Shown here: positions 28,705 through 40,176 of the stretch, one piece after another
Position numbering within the stretch: position 1 is the stretch's first letter
Layout: each line of letters starts with the position of its first letter
Assembly (NCBI GenBank): GCA_965369835.1
Contig: CBDUSE010000004.1
Location: 1 to 40,176 of the forward strand
DNA length: 40,176 nt
Direction of reading: 5' to 3'
Origin: an uncultured bacterium
GTDB taxonomy: Bacteria; Auribacterota; JABMQX01; JAFGEW01
Notes under the pieces: generated by a model
Told to the model about the DNA's origin: nothing
What the model saw: only the letters and a program-made list of their open reading frames with translations
Databases searched by the model: none
Program-made: the position numbers and the translations under genes

Positions 28705-30282
28705 TTAGAGCGTGCAGACGGTGACTTCGACAACCTCGCCGGTCGCTCGAAGCTCGTCCACCGCCGCCGGCGGCACATCACCGTCAATGTTCAACACAAC
28801 CATCGCGTTGCTCCCTTCCCGCTTGCGGCCCAGCGTCATGTCCGCGATGTTGACGCGATGGTTGCCAAGTGTCATGCCGATCTTGCCGATGGCGCCAGGC
28901 ACGTCGCGGTTCACGATGATGATGAGGCAGCCCTCGGGGTGTGCATCCACGTGGTAGCCGTTGATGCGCACGATGCGCGGGTCGTTCTTCCCGAAGACCG
29001 TGCCCGCCACCGAGACGCTCTCCTTCGCGGCGCTCGCCCTGACACGCACGAGGCTCACGAACTCCTCGGAATCGCCGCCGGTGCTCTCGGCGATCTTAAT
29101 GCCGCGTTCCTTCGCTTTGATCGGCGCATTGATCGTGTTGACGCCGCCCTCGAGGATCGTGCCAAGGAACCCCTTGAGCGCCGCGACGCTCACGGGGCCG
29201 ACGTCGTACTCGCCGACGTGGCCGCACGACTCGACCTCGATCGCCTCGATGCTCCCCTTCGTCATCTGCGCGACGAGCGAGCCGAGCTCTTCGGCCAGCG
29301 CCACGTAGGGCCGGAGTCGTTCGAGCACTTGCTCGTCAACCATCGGGACGTTCACGGCGCTCGTGATCCGCCCGTCGAGCAGGTAGTCGGCCACCTGCTC
29401 GGCGGCGTCCACGGCGACCTGTTCCTGCGCCTCGGCGGTCGAGGCGCCTAGGTGCGGCGTGGCGATCACGTTGCCGAGCTCGAGCAGCTTGCTCCCGGCC
29501 GGCGGCTCGGTGGCGAACACGTCGAGGGCCGCGCCGGCGATCCTACCGTTCTCGAGCGCGGCGGCGAGCGCGTCCTCGTCAACGATGCCGCCGCGGGCGC
29601 AGTTTATGATCCGCACGCCGGGCTTCATCTTGTCGATTGCGGCGGCGTTGATGACGTTGCGCGTCTCGTTCGTCAGCGGGGTATGCACGGTGATGTAGTC
29701 GGCGCGGCCGAAGAGCTCGTCGAGCTCGACAAGCTCGATGGTGAGCTGCTCGGCCTTTTCGCGCGTGATGAACGGGTCGAAGCCGATTACCTTCATCTGG
29801 AAGCCCTGGGCGAACCGGGCCACCTGTTTGCCGATCCGGCCCAGGCCGATGATACCGAGAGTCTTGCCCCTGACCTCGACGCCGGCGAACGTGCTCTTCT
29901 TCCATTCGCCGCCGCGCACCGAGGCGGCCGCCTGCGGAATGTTCCGCGACATCGCCAGCAGCAGCGAGAACGTGTGCTCGGCGGTCGAGACGGTGTTGCC
30001 CTCGGGCGTGTTCATCACCAGGATGCCACGCTCGGTCGCAGCGTCGAGGTCCACGTTGTCCACGCCGACGCCCGCGCGGCCGATCACCCTGAGCGAGCCC
30101 GAGTGCTCGAGCACGTCGCGGGTCAACTTGGTCGCGCTGCGGATGAGGATGCCGTCGTACCGGCCGAGACACTGCGTGAGCTTATCGGCCGGCAGGCCGG
30201 GCCGGTCGTCGTACGCGATGCCGCGCGCTTCGAGGACACGCTTACCGCTCTCGGCCAGCTTGTCGCTGATAAGGACTTTCAT
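28705..30282 (-). CDS. serA: D-3-phosphoglycerate dehydrogenase (long form with ACT domain)
   Basis: RAGVGVDNVD, GLGRIG, NCARGG, TPHLGAST, C-terminal ACT. Confidence 0.96.
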   Translation of the reverse strand: MKVLISDKLAESGKRVLEARGIAYDDRPGLPADKLTQCLGRYDGILIRSATKLTRDVLEHSGSLRVIGRAGVGVDNVDLDAATERGILVMNTPEGNTVSTAEHTFSLLLAMSRNIPQAAASVRGGEWKKSTFAGVEVRGKTLGIIGLGRIGKQVARFAQGFQMKVIGFDPFITREKAEQLTIELVELDELFGRADYITVHTPLTNETRNVINAAAIDKMKPGVRIINCARGGIVDEDALAAALENGRIAGAALDVFATEPPAGSKLLELGNVIATPHLGASTAEAQEQVAVDAAEQVADYLLDGRITSAVNVPMVDEQVLERLRPYVALAEELGSLVAQMTKGSIEAIEVESCGHVGEYDVGPVSVAALKGFLGTILEGGVNTINAPIKAKERGIKIAESTGGDSEEFVSLVRVRASAAKESVSVAGTVFGKNDPRIVRINGYHVDAHPEGCLIIIVNRDVPGAIGKIGMTLGNHRVNIADMTLGRKREGSNAMVVLNIDGDVPPAAVDELRATGEVVEVTVCTL

Positions 30283-31411
30283 CTCGGTCGCCCTACAAGG
30301 ACTTCCTGCGCCGCTTTGACGGCCGCGCCGGGCGTGAACGAAACGCCCATCGCGCGCAAGGCGAACTCGACGGCGGCCACGGCGGTGAGCACGTCGAACT
30401 CGTTGAGGTAACCCATGCTCGCAATGCGGAATATCTTGCCCTTGAGCGCCTCCTGCCCGCCGGCGAACGTGACGCCCAGCTTGTCACGCAGTATCTTGAC
30501 GAACTCGGCCCCGTCGGCGCCCTCGGGCATCCGGACCGCGGTCACCGCGTTCGATGGCGAGCGCGAGAAGATCTCGAGGCCGAGCGCCTGCATGCCGGCG
30601 CGGACCGCCTCGGCGTACTGTGCTGCGTTGGCGAGCATCGCCTCGCGCCCGTCGGTTTTGATAAGGGCCAGAGTCTCGCGCAGCGCGCGGATGAGGCTCA
30701 CGGCCGGCGTGTACGGCGTGTCGTTCTTGTCGCCCGATTTCTTGTACTTCTTGAAATCGAAGTAGAACCGGGGCAGCGCCGCCTTCTCGACGAGGTCCCA
30801 GGCCTTCTTGCTCACGGAGACGAAGGCGAGGCCCGGCGGGATCATCATTCCCTTCTGCGAGCCGCCGACGACGATGTCCACGGCCCACTCGTCGGTGAGC
30901 AGCTCGTCGCACAGCATGCCACTGATCGCGTCCACGACGAGGATCGCGTCGGTCCTGCCGACGACTTCGGCGATTACCTTGACGTCGGTGGCCACGGCCG
31001 TCGAGGTTTCGCACAACTGGATGTAGACGGCCTTGACCCCGCCGTTGAGGCGCTCCTTGATCTGGGCAGCGCTGACGGCCGTGCCCCACTCGAGCATGAT
31101 CTCATCCACGTCGAGGCCGTAGGCGCGGCCGATCTGGCCCCAGCGCTCGCCGAACTTGCCGCCGTTGACCGTGATGATGCGGTCGCCGGGCGAGCAGACG
31201 TTGGCGACCGACGCCTCCATGGCACCCGTACCCGAGGCAGCGAAGACGAGCACGTCGTTGACGGTCTGGAGCACGTCCTTGAGCCCCTCGACCACCTCTG
31301 CGAACAGCGCGCGGAAGCGCGCCGTGCGATGGTGGAACATCGGCGCGCCCATCACCGAGAGCGCTTCGGGGGGGACCGTCGTCGGTCCCGGCGAGTAGAG
31401 ATACTCCTTCT

Positions 31412-31415
<4 letters not shown>
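30279..31415 (-). CDS. Class V PLP aminotransferase (alanine-glyoxylate/serine-pyruvate family)
   Basis: SPGPT, SGTGAME, GKFGERW, VDAIS, GSQKG; coupled to serA. Confidence 0.93.
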
Positions 31416-33763
<2,348 letters not shown>

Positions 33764-33779
33764 TGCGGCCGGCCCGTCT

Positions 33780-35024
<1,245 letters not shown>

Positions 35025-35052
35025 CGTGTTGGCCCCCGTCGAGCGCGTTGTC

Positions 35053-35148
35053 CTACTCGCTGTCCGTTTCCTTGTCCTTATTCTCGGTCTCGATCCCGCC
35101 GCGGTTCTCGACCACTTGGTCGAGCAGGCCGTAGTCCTTGGCCTCCTC
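35053..35148 (-). pseudogene. clpP: Orphan duplicate of clpP 3' end (31 codons + stop)
   Basis: [31 protein letters not shown] aligns without gaps to [31 protein letters not shown] (16/31 identical). Confidence 0.85.
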
Positions 35149-35220
35149 TACCGATCGCTCCAGCAGGCTCGTCAACCTCCCATCTTTCCAGCAACGAAGT
35201 ACATGCGATGCGTCGGTCGC

Positions 35221-36690
35221 CTACCGCGAATACTTCTCGCACGCCAAAATCAATGCAAGGTGCTTCATCCAGTTGCTCTTGCGGTTTATCTTATAGCAAA
35301 TCGTCCAGGCACGAGGGTCGAACTGCGCAAGGCGCACGAAGTCGCAAAGGGCATTAGACGTGCCATTGCCGCCGAGCACGTCGCCTGCGACCTTCGGCTC
35401 TTGAATCGAGCCATTCCACATCACCTTGATGAAGGTGTTCGTGAGCTTGCGCATGTCCTCCTTGTCGAACACGATGCCTGCATCGTATGCGTCAATCATG
35501 AACCCGACATCTATGTCCGTGTAGTGCGTGTGCTCAACGAACGATGGCTTCGCACGTCCATCCGAATCCGCAACCGGTTCGGCGTAATACCACCAGTAAG
35601 CATCGTTCTTTACCTTGAGCAGGCTCTTGACCACCCTCGCCATTTTCGTCGCACGGTCGAGGTAGCGCTCCTTGTTCGTGATCTGCCACAGCTTGATTGT
35701 CGTGCGTCCGAACGCCGTGTATTGGTTCATCGGCAACGACGTGGGTTTCTCACGGAAGCTCGTCGGCCCGGAAATATAGAGCCCTCGTCCGCCAGGCAAA
35801 TCAACCCAGTGGGCCGGTCTCCCCTTCGTGGGCCCACGCTCCCATTTCCCGAAGAAGTGCCGTTCGAGGAACGCAAGATAGGCTTCCGCGGTTTCGCCAT
35901 ACCGCGCCTGCAACTTCTCATCTGAAAACACGATCTCGATGAACCGGGCGATCGGCATCGTCATCATTCCGTCATGAACGACGGAGTCGTACTCGGGCGC
36001 CGTCTCCGGCGTGATGATGAACGAGTCGCCCGGCTCCGGTTGGCCCGTGATTGTGCACCTGACCCCACGCACACGCCAGACCTGCTTGCCTGGTTCGTAG
36101 CGCTGAATGGGAAGCCAGTGCAACCCCGACTTCGAATGCGGCGAGAGCAACGCGGGCATGCGCATGTCCTCATCCACAACGATGAACCTATGCCTGTCGA
36201 GGAAGAGGACCCTGAAGCGATGATTCACCGTGCGCGTGTTCCACGGCTCCTTCTTCGTGATAGCGTCGGGCACTTCGATTTGACCCGTGCCGAGATTGCC
36301 GGGCGCCGGCACTACTTCAAACCTCGCCGGCTCCGGCGTGTAGTAGTTCGTGTGCCAGCTCAAGAAGCCGTCGCCATCGTGATCGGTGAGGAAGCACAAG
36401 GCGGTATCAATGTGCTTCTTGAATTCGTCCAGCCATTTCGTGTCGCCGGTGGCATAGAACATGTTGATGATTGCGTAAAGCGTATGCCCTTCTCCCCAGC
36501 CTAAATCGCCGGAGTCGTTCGTCTGGGCCCCGGCAACACCCGCTTGCATGATGGTTTTCTCGACTCGCTCTATCATCTCGCGCCGCTCGGCATTCGGCAT
36601 GCTCGCCAGCACACTACCTGCGCCGAACGCGAGGAGTATCATCACGAGAATAACGTGTTTCGTCGCACACATGACGTATCTGGTTTCCAT
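35221..36690 (-). CDS. Secreted hypothetical protein, probable alpha/alpha-toroid (glycosidase-like) fold
   Basis: Signal peptide; repeated MFYATGDTKWLD / LWQITNKERYLDRA helical-hairpin motifs; start 36690 or 36672. Confidence 0.75.
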   Translation of the reverse strand: METRYVMCATKHVILVMILLAFGAGSVLASMPNAERREMIERVEKTIMQAGVAGAQTNDSGDLGWGEGHTLYAIINMFYATGDTKWLDEFKKHIDTALCFLTDHDGDGFLSWHTNYYTPEPARFEVVPAPGNLGTGQIEVPDAITKKEPWNTRTVNHRFRVLFLDRHRFIVVDEDMRMPALLSPHSKSGLHWLPIQRYEPGKQVWRVRGVRCTITGQPEPGDSFIITPETAPEYDSVVHDGMMTMPIARFIEIVFSDEKLQARYGETAEAYLAFLERHFFGKWERGPTKGRPAHWVDLPGGRGLYISGPTSFREKPTSLPMNQYTAFGRTTIKLWQITNKERYLDRATKMARVVKSLLKVKNDAYWWYYAEPVADSDGRAKPSFVEHTHYTDIDVGFMIDAYDAGIVFDKEDMRKLTNTFIKVMWNGSIQEPKVAGDVLGGNGTSNALCDFVRLAQFDPRAWTICYKINRKSNWMKHLALILACEKYSR

Positions 36691-36745
36691 TCGTGCGAGG
36701 GTACTGCCGGCTTGTCGGGCACGGCGTTGGGAGTAAGGTGTTGCC

Positions 36746-37378
36746 CTAGCTGCTATCTTTCTCCTCGTCCTTGTCGTCGGCCTTGAGATCGCTCCGGCTC
36801 TGAACCACCTCGTCAAGCAGGCCGTAATCCCTCGCCTCATCGGCGCCCATGAAGAACTCGCGGTCGGTATCCTCCTCGATCTTCGCGAGGTCCCGGCCGG
36901 TATGGCCGGCCAGGATGTTGTTCAGGTGCTCCTTGAGCCGCAGAATCTCGTTGGCCTGGATGCTGATGTCGGTGGCCTGGCCCTGCACGCCGCCCCACGG
37001 CTGGTGCAGCATGATGCGCGCGTGCGGCAGCGCGTAACGCTTGCCCTTGGCGCCCGAGGCGAGCAGCACGGCCGCCATACTCGCGGCCTGGCCGATGCAG
37101 TAAGTGATAATGTCCGGCTTGACGTACTGGAGCGTATCGTAGATCGCGAGTCCGGAGGTCACCGACCCGCCCGGGCTATTAATATAGACGTGGATGTCCT
37201 TCTTCGAGTCCTCCATCTGGAGGAACAGGAGCTGCGCGACGATGACGTTCGCCACGTCGTCGTTGATCGGCGTGCCGAGGAAGATGATCCGGTCCTTGAG
37301 CAGCCGCGAGAAGAGGTCGAAGGGACGCTCATCGCGCCCGTAGCGCTCGTACACATTGGGAACGTAGATCGTGGCCAT
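36746..37378 (-). CDS. clpP: ATP-dependent Clp protease proteolytic subunit
   Basis: [36 protein letters not shown]. Confidence 0.98.
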   Translation of the reverse strand: MATIYVPNVYERYGRDERPFDLFSRLLKDRIIFLGTPINDDVANVIVAQLLFLQMEDSKKDIHVYINSPGGSVTSGLAIYDTLQYVKPDIITYCIGQAASMAAVLLASGAKGKRYALPHARIMLHQPWGGVQGQATDISIQANEILRLKEHLNNILAGHTGRDLAKIEEDTDREFFMGADEARDYGLLDEVVQSRSDLKADDKDEEKDSS

Positions 37379-37414
37379 ACTTGATGCCTCCAGGTGCACG
37401 CTGGGTCGGAGTGG

Positions 37415-38686
37415 CTACTCGATCTCGGCGTGCTCCATCAGAAACGATCGCACTTTACTGTCGAGCAGATCGTCACGGAGCGACTCGAGTGCGCCCTCTT
37501 GTTTTTTATAGGCCGCGCGCAGCTCGGTGCCGCTCGCGCCGCGGATCGCGGCGACCTGTTCGAAGTAGGTGTCGAGGTCCTCATCGGTGACGCTGATGTT
37601 CTCGGCCTCGGCGATGCGATCGAGCAGCAACGCGAGCTTGATCTGGCGCGCCGACGCCACGGACGCATTCTTGACGATTTCGTCGTGCAGTTCCACCATT
37701 TTCTCACGCGGCGCGCCGGAAAACCGTGCACGCTGGTAGGTCCGGGCGATGTTGCGTTCGGTCTGCTCCTTGAGCAGTAACTCCGGCACCTCGAAGTCCG
37801 CGGCATCCACAATAGCGTCCAGGACGACGCCTTCTTGGCGGCGCCGCTCTTCATTCTCGCGCTGCCGGCGGATCGTCTCGCGAAACCGCTCGCGCAGGGC
37901 GTCAACCGTCTCGACGTCGGCGACTTCTTTCGCGAACTCATCGGTCAGCTCGGGCAGCCGTTTCTCCTTGATCTCGCTGACGGCGGCGGTGCAGGCAACC
38001 GTCTTGCCGGCTATCTCCCCGTCCGCGTAGTCGTCGGGGATTGCCAGGTCGAAGCTCTTCGTCGCGCCAAGCTCGATGCCAACCAAGGCCTGCGCTAGGC
38101 CGGGCATCAGCGCTTCCTCGACCAGCTCGAGCGAGAGGTCCTTCATCGTGTCCGTCTTGCCGTCCACCGTCTGCTCGAGGGTGGCGATAATCGAGTCTCC
38201 CATCTGGACCGGGCGCCCCTCGACCGGCACGAGCGTGGCGCGGCCCTGGCGGTAGCCCTCGATGAACACCTCGACTGCCTCGTCGCCCGGCGGCTCGATC
38301 TTGTTCGCGACGACGCGGATCCCCTTGTACCGGGGCAGCTCGAGCTCGGGCAGCACCTCGATCGTCGCGGTGAAGGTCAGCGGCTCGTCGCCTTCGCACT
38401 TGAGGTCCTTCAGCTCGGGCTCGCCGACGGGAAGCAGCTTATTCTCCGTAAGAATCTGCCGGAGCGCCTGGGGCACGAGCCGGCTGATCGCCTCGTTCCG
38501 GATCGTCTCGCTGAAGCGGGTGCGCAGGATCCGATCGGGCACGTGGCCGGGCCGAAAGCCCTTGATCGAGGCGGTCTTGCGCACCTCGCCGAGCGCGACC
38601 TCGAGCTCGTCGGCGACGCGTTCGTGCGGGATCGAGAAGCGGATGAACTTCTTGCTCCGGCTCAGGTCCTCGACGACGGCTTCCAT
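37415..38686 (-). CDS. tig: Trigger factor
   Basis: GFRPGHVP ribosome-binding loop, KRLPELTDEFA; tig-clpP synteny. Confidence 0.95.
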   Translation of the reverse strand: MEAVVEDLSRSKKFIRFSIPHERVADELEVALGEVRKTASIKGFRPGHVPDRILRTRFSETIRNEAISRLVPQALRQILTENKLLPVGEPELKDLKCEGDEPLTFTATIEVLPELELPRYKGIRVVANKIEPPGDEAVEVFIEGYRQGRATLVPVEGRPVQMGDSIIATLEQTVDGKTDTMKDLSLELVEEALMPGLAQALVGIELGATKSFDLAIPDDYADGEIAGKTVACTAAVSEIKEKRLPELTDEFAKEVADVETVDALRERFRETIRRQRENEERRRQEGVVLDAIVDAADFEVPELLLKEQTERNIARTYQRARFSGAPREKMVELHDEIVKNASVASARQIKLALLLDRIAEAENISVTDEDLDTYFEQVAAIRGASGTELRAAYKKQEGALESLRDDLLDSKVRSFLMEHAEIE

Positions 38687-38783
38687 TCCAACTCCCCAGG
38701 ATGGTTATCCGGCGACGCAGCCGCGCTCAAAACGCCGTCGCGCTCAAGACGCGGCCTCGTTTAAGCGCGGGTGAACAAAAAAG

Positions 38784-38859
38784 TGGAGCGAGCGATGGGA
38801 TTCGAACCCACGACCATCACGTTGGCAACGTGATGCTCTACCGACTGAGCTACGCTCGC
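38784..38859 (-). tRNA. tRNA-Gly(GCC)
   Basis: 76-nt cloverleaf, anticodon loop TTGCCAA, GTTCGAATC, encoded CCA. Confidence 0.97.
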
Positions 38860-38893
38860 TCTCAGAACGTGTTCTCCAAGAACACCTACTCTA

Positions 38894-38922
38894 TTTCTAC
38901 CGGCAACGGGGCGACGAGTCAA
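38894..38922 (-). promoter_or_regulatory. Putative sigma70 promoter for tRNA-Gly/tig
   Basis: TTGACT-N17-TAGAAA. Confidence 0.45.
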
Positions 38923-38954
38923 GCCTTTTTCGCCTCTGCCGGCGGATTCTCGAC

Positions 38955-39036
38955 TGCGAAAGGGGGGATTCGAACCCCCACGCCCGAAGGCACGAGATCC
39001 TAAATCTCGCGCGTCTGCCGATTCCGCCACTTTCGC
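38955..39036 (-). tRNA. tRNA-Leu(TAG)
   Basis: Cloverleaf with long variable arm, anticodon loop TTTAGGA; CCA not encoded. Confidence 0.96.
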
Positions 39037-39256
39037 TTCGGTGTGCGAGCCATGCTCGTGCGACCACGCCCACCGGGTCGCTATGTAACACCCGTTCTTC
39101 TGCAAGATCAAGGCCAAAATGCTGGACGCCGGAGACGCTTGCCTTCATTATTGGGACCGAGGTTCGGACTCGGCGCACCAAGCGGCCGCCGGACGGCATC
39201 TGAGGCCCAACGGCGGGCAACCAGCAAGGTCTGACACGGAACAAGGAGGCCCGACG

Positions 39257-39865
39257 ATGAGAGCGATAGCGAGACTGGCGCTGATCGCGGCGGCGGCGAG
39301 CATGGCCGGATGCGCGACGCTGTCCTACGAGGGGATGCCCTCAAAAAGCGAGCCGCACGCCATGGCGGTCGAGGAGGGCGGCGTTGACTTTGTCTCCGTG
39401 GACGGCCGACCCGTGTACCGCAAGGCGTTCGCCCGGCCGAAGCTGAGCCTGACGCCCGGCGTCCACGAGATCCTCACCCGCTACGACGACAGCCGGCACG
39501 ACACCGACTACATCGGCGACCTGGAGATCGCCATCACTGTCCATTACTGGTCGCGCTTCGCGCAGGTCATCGCGTTCGAGGCGCGCGAGGGCAACCGCTG
39601 CTACATCGGCGCCGAGGCGAACCTGCCCAGCACCGAGATCAGCTACGAGCTGTGGCAGAGCGAGCTGCCGCCCGACTACTCGGACAGTAGGGAGGGCCGG
39701 ATCAGCATCAACGTCGAGCACGAGCTAACCAACCCAGAGGACTGGCGCCCCATCATCACCCGCATCCTCCCCATCAAGAAGTACTGGCGAAACCGCCCCC
39801 TCTCCACCGTTACGCCCACGCCTGCGGGCGCGCCCAAAGATCAGGACGCACCTCCGCCCAAGTAA
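39257..39865 (+). CDS. Putative lipoprotein
   Basis: AGGAGG RBS, MRAIARLALIAAAASMAG-C lipobox. Confidence 0.82.
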   Translation: MRAIARLALIAAAASMAGCATLSYEGMPSKSEPHAMAVEEGGVDFVSVDGRPVYRKAFARPKLSLTPGVHEILTRYDDSRHDTDYIGDLEIAITVHYWSRFAQVIAFEAREGNRCYIGAEANLPSTEISYELWQSELPPDYSDSREGRISINVEHELTNPEDWRPIITRILPIKKYWRNRPLSTVTPTPAGAPKDQDAPPPK

Positions 39866-39970
39866 GCGCACCGTCGTCACCACGAAGCGGAGCCTCAGCC
39901 ACCAGCGGCCTGGCCGGGCCGCCGTTCGCCTATGCGACCCGCCAGGGTCGCCGCGGCCCTACCTGGCCAC

Positions 39971-40057
39971 CCTTCGCACACCGACAACACGATCATGCAC
40001 TTCGGCAACGCCCAAAAGACCCTCCTCGACCTCGTCCCAGCAACCAAGAGTCACTGG
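39971..40057 (+). pseudogene. Possible decayed C-terminal fragment of NAD(P) transhydrogenase beta subunit
   Basis: DNTIMHFGNAQKTLLDLV resembles PntB C-terminal xNTxMLFGDAKK; very short. Confidence 0.4.
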
Positions 40058-40096
40058 GATTGGGGATCGCGGCGATCAAGGAAGGATAGCTCTTTT

Positions 40097-40164
40097 CTCC
40101 GTGTCCTCCGTGCCCTCCGTGGTATAGTCCTTCCTCAACCACGGAGGACACGGAGAACACGGAG
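40097..40164. repeat. Inverted triple 9-nt repeat (CTCCGTG x3 / CACGGAG x3)
   Basis: CTCCGTGTCCTCCGTGCCCTCCGTGGT ... ACCACGGAGGACACGGAGAACACGGAG; right arm supplies GGAGG before ATG at 40173. Confidence 0.85.
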
Positions 40165-40176
40165 GTGTGGACATGA

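Noticed and set aside
38784-39036. tRNA genes as island integration sites
   Set aside because: No integrase and no duplicated tRNA 3' end seen in the window
39150-39240. tRNA-like or riboswitch-like hairpins upstream of the lipoprotein
   Set aside because: T-arm geometry wrong and no SAM-I or c-di-GMP consensus could be completed

Overview
High-GC bacterial chromosomal window; gene content and repeat types suggest a PVC-like or related lineage, but taxonomy cannot be fixed from sequence alone. It is mostly housekeeping: a minus-strand hpf-hprK-ptsH-ptsI-nucleotidyltransferase-metK run (probably continuing into ahcY off the left edge), a middle region (rfaE2-like, NPP-type phosphodiesterase, Fe-S flavoprotein, mutY with intact Nudix box, M20 peptidase, parvulin PPIase, coiled-coil protein, degenerate MinD/FlhG-like protein, DUF4912, GH57), and a long minus-strand tRNA-Leu/tRNA-Gly-tig-clpP-(insert)-clpX-lon-aminotransferase-serA-purA-uppS-cdsA-cmk-plsC run. 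No integrase, transposase or CRISPR array was seen. The unusual signal is intergenic: (1) several families of REP-like palindromes, two of them cleanly interrupted by about 30-nt hairpin mini-elements, one doubly nested; (2) short remnants of housekeeping gene ends (ahcY 5' end, clpP 3' end, an internally deleted M29 aminopeptidase, possibly pntB 3' end), two of which flank single accessory genes inside conserved operons; (3) a sigma54-type promoter before a P-loop-degenerate FlhG/MinD-like gene and a sigma28-like promoter before an orphan mini flagellar-rod-like gene. Family assignments are from motif recognition by eye, not database searches.
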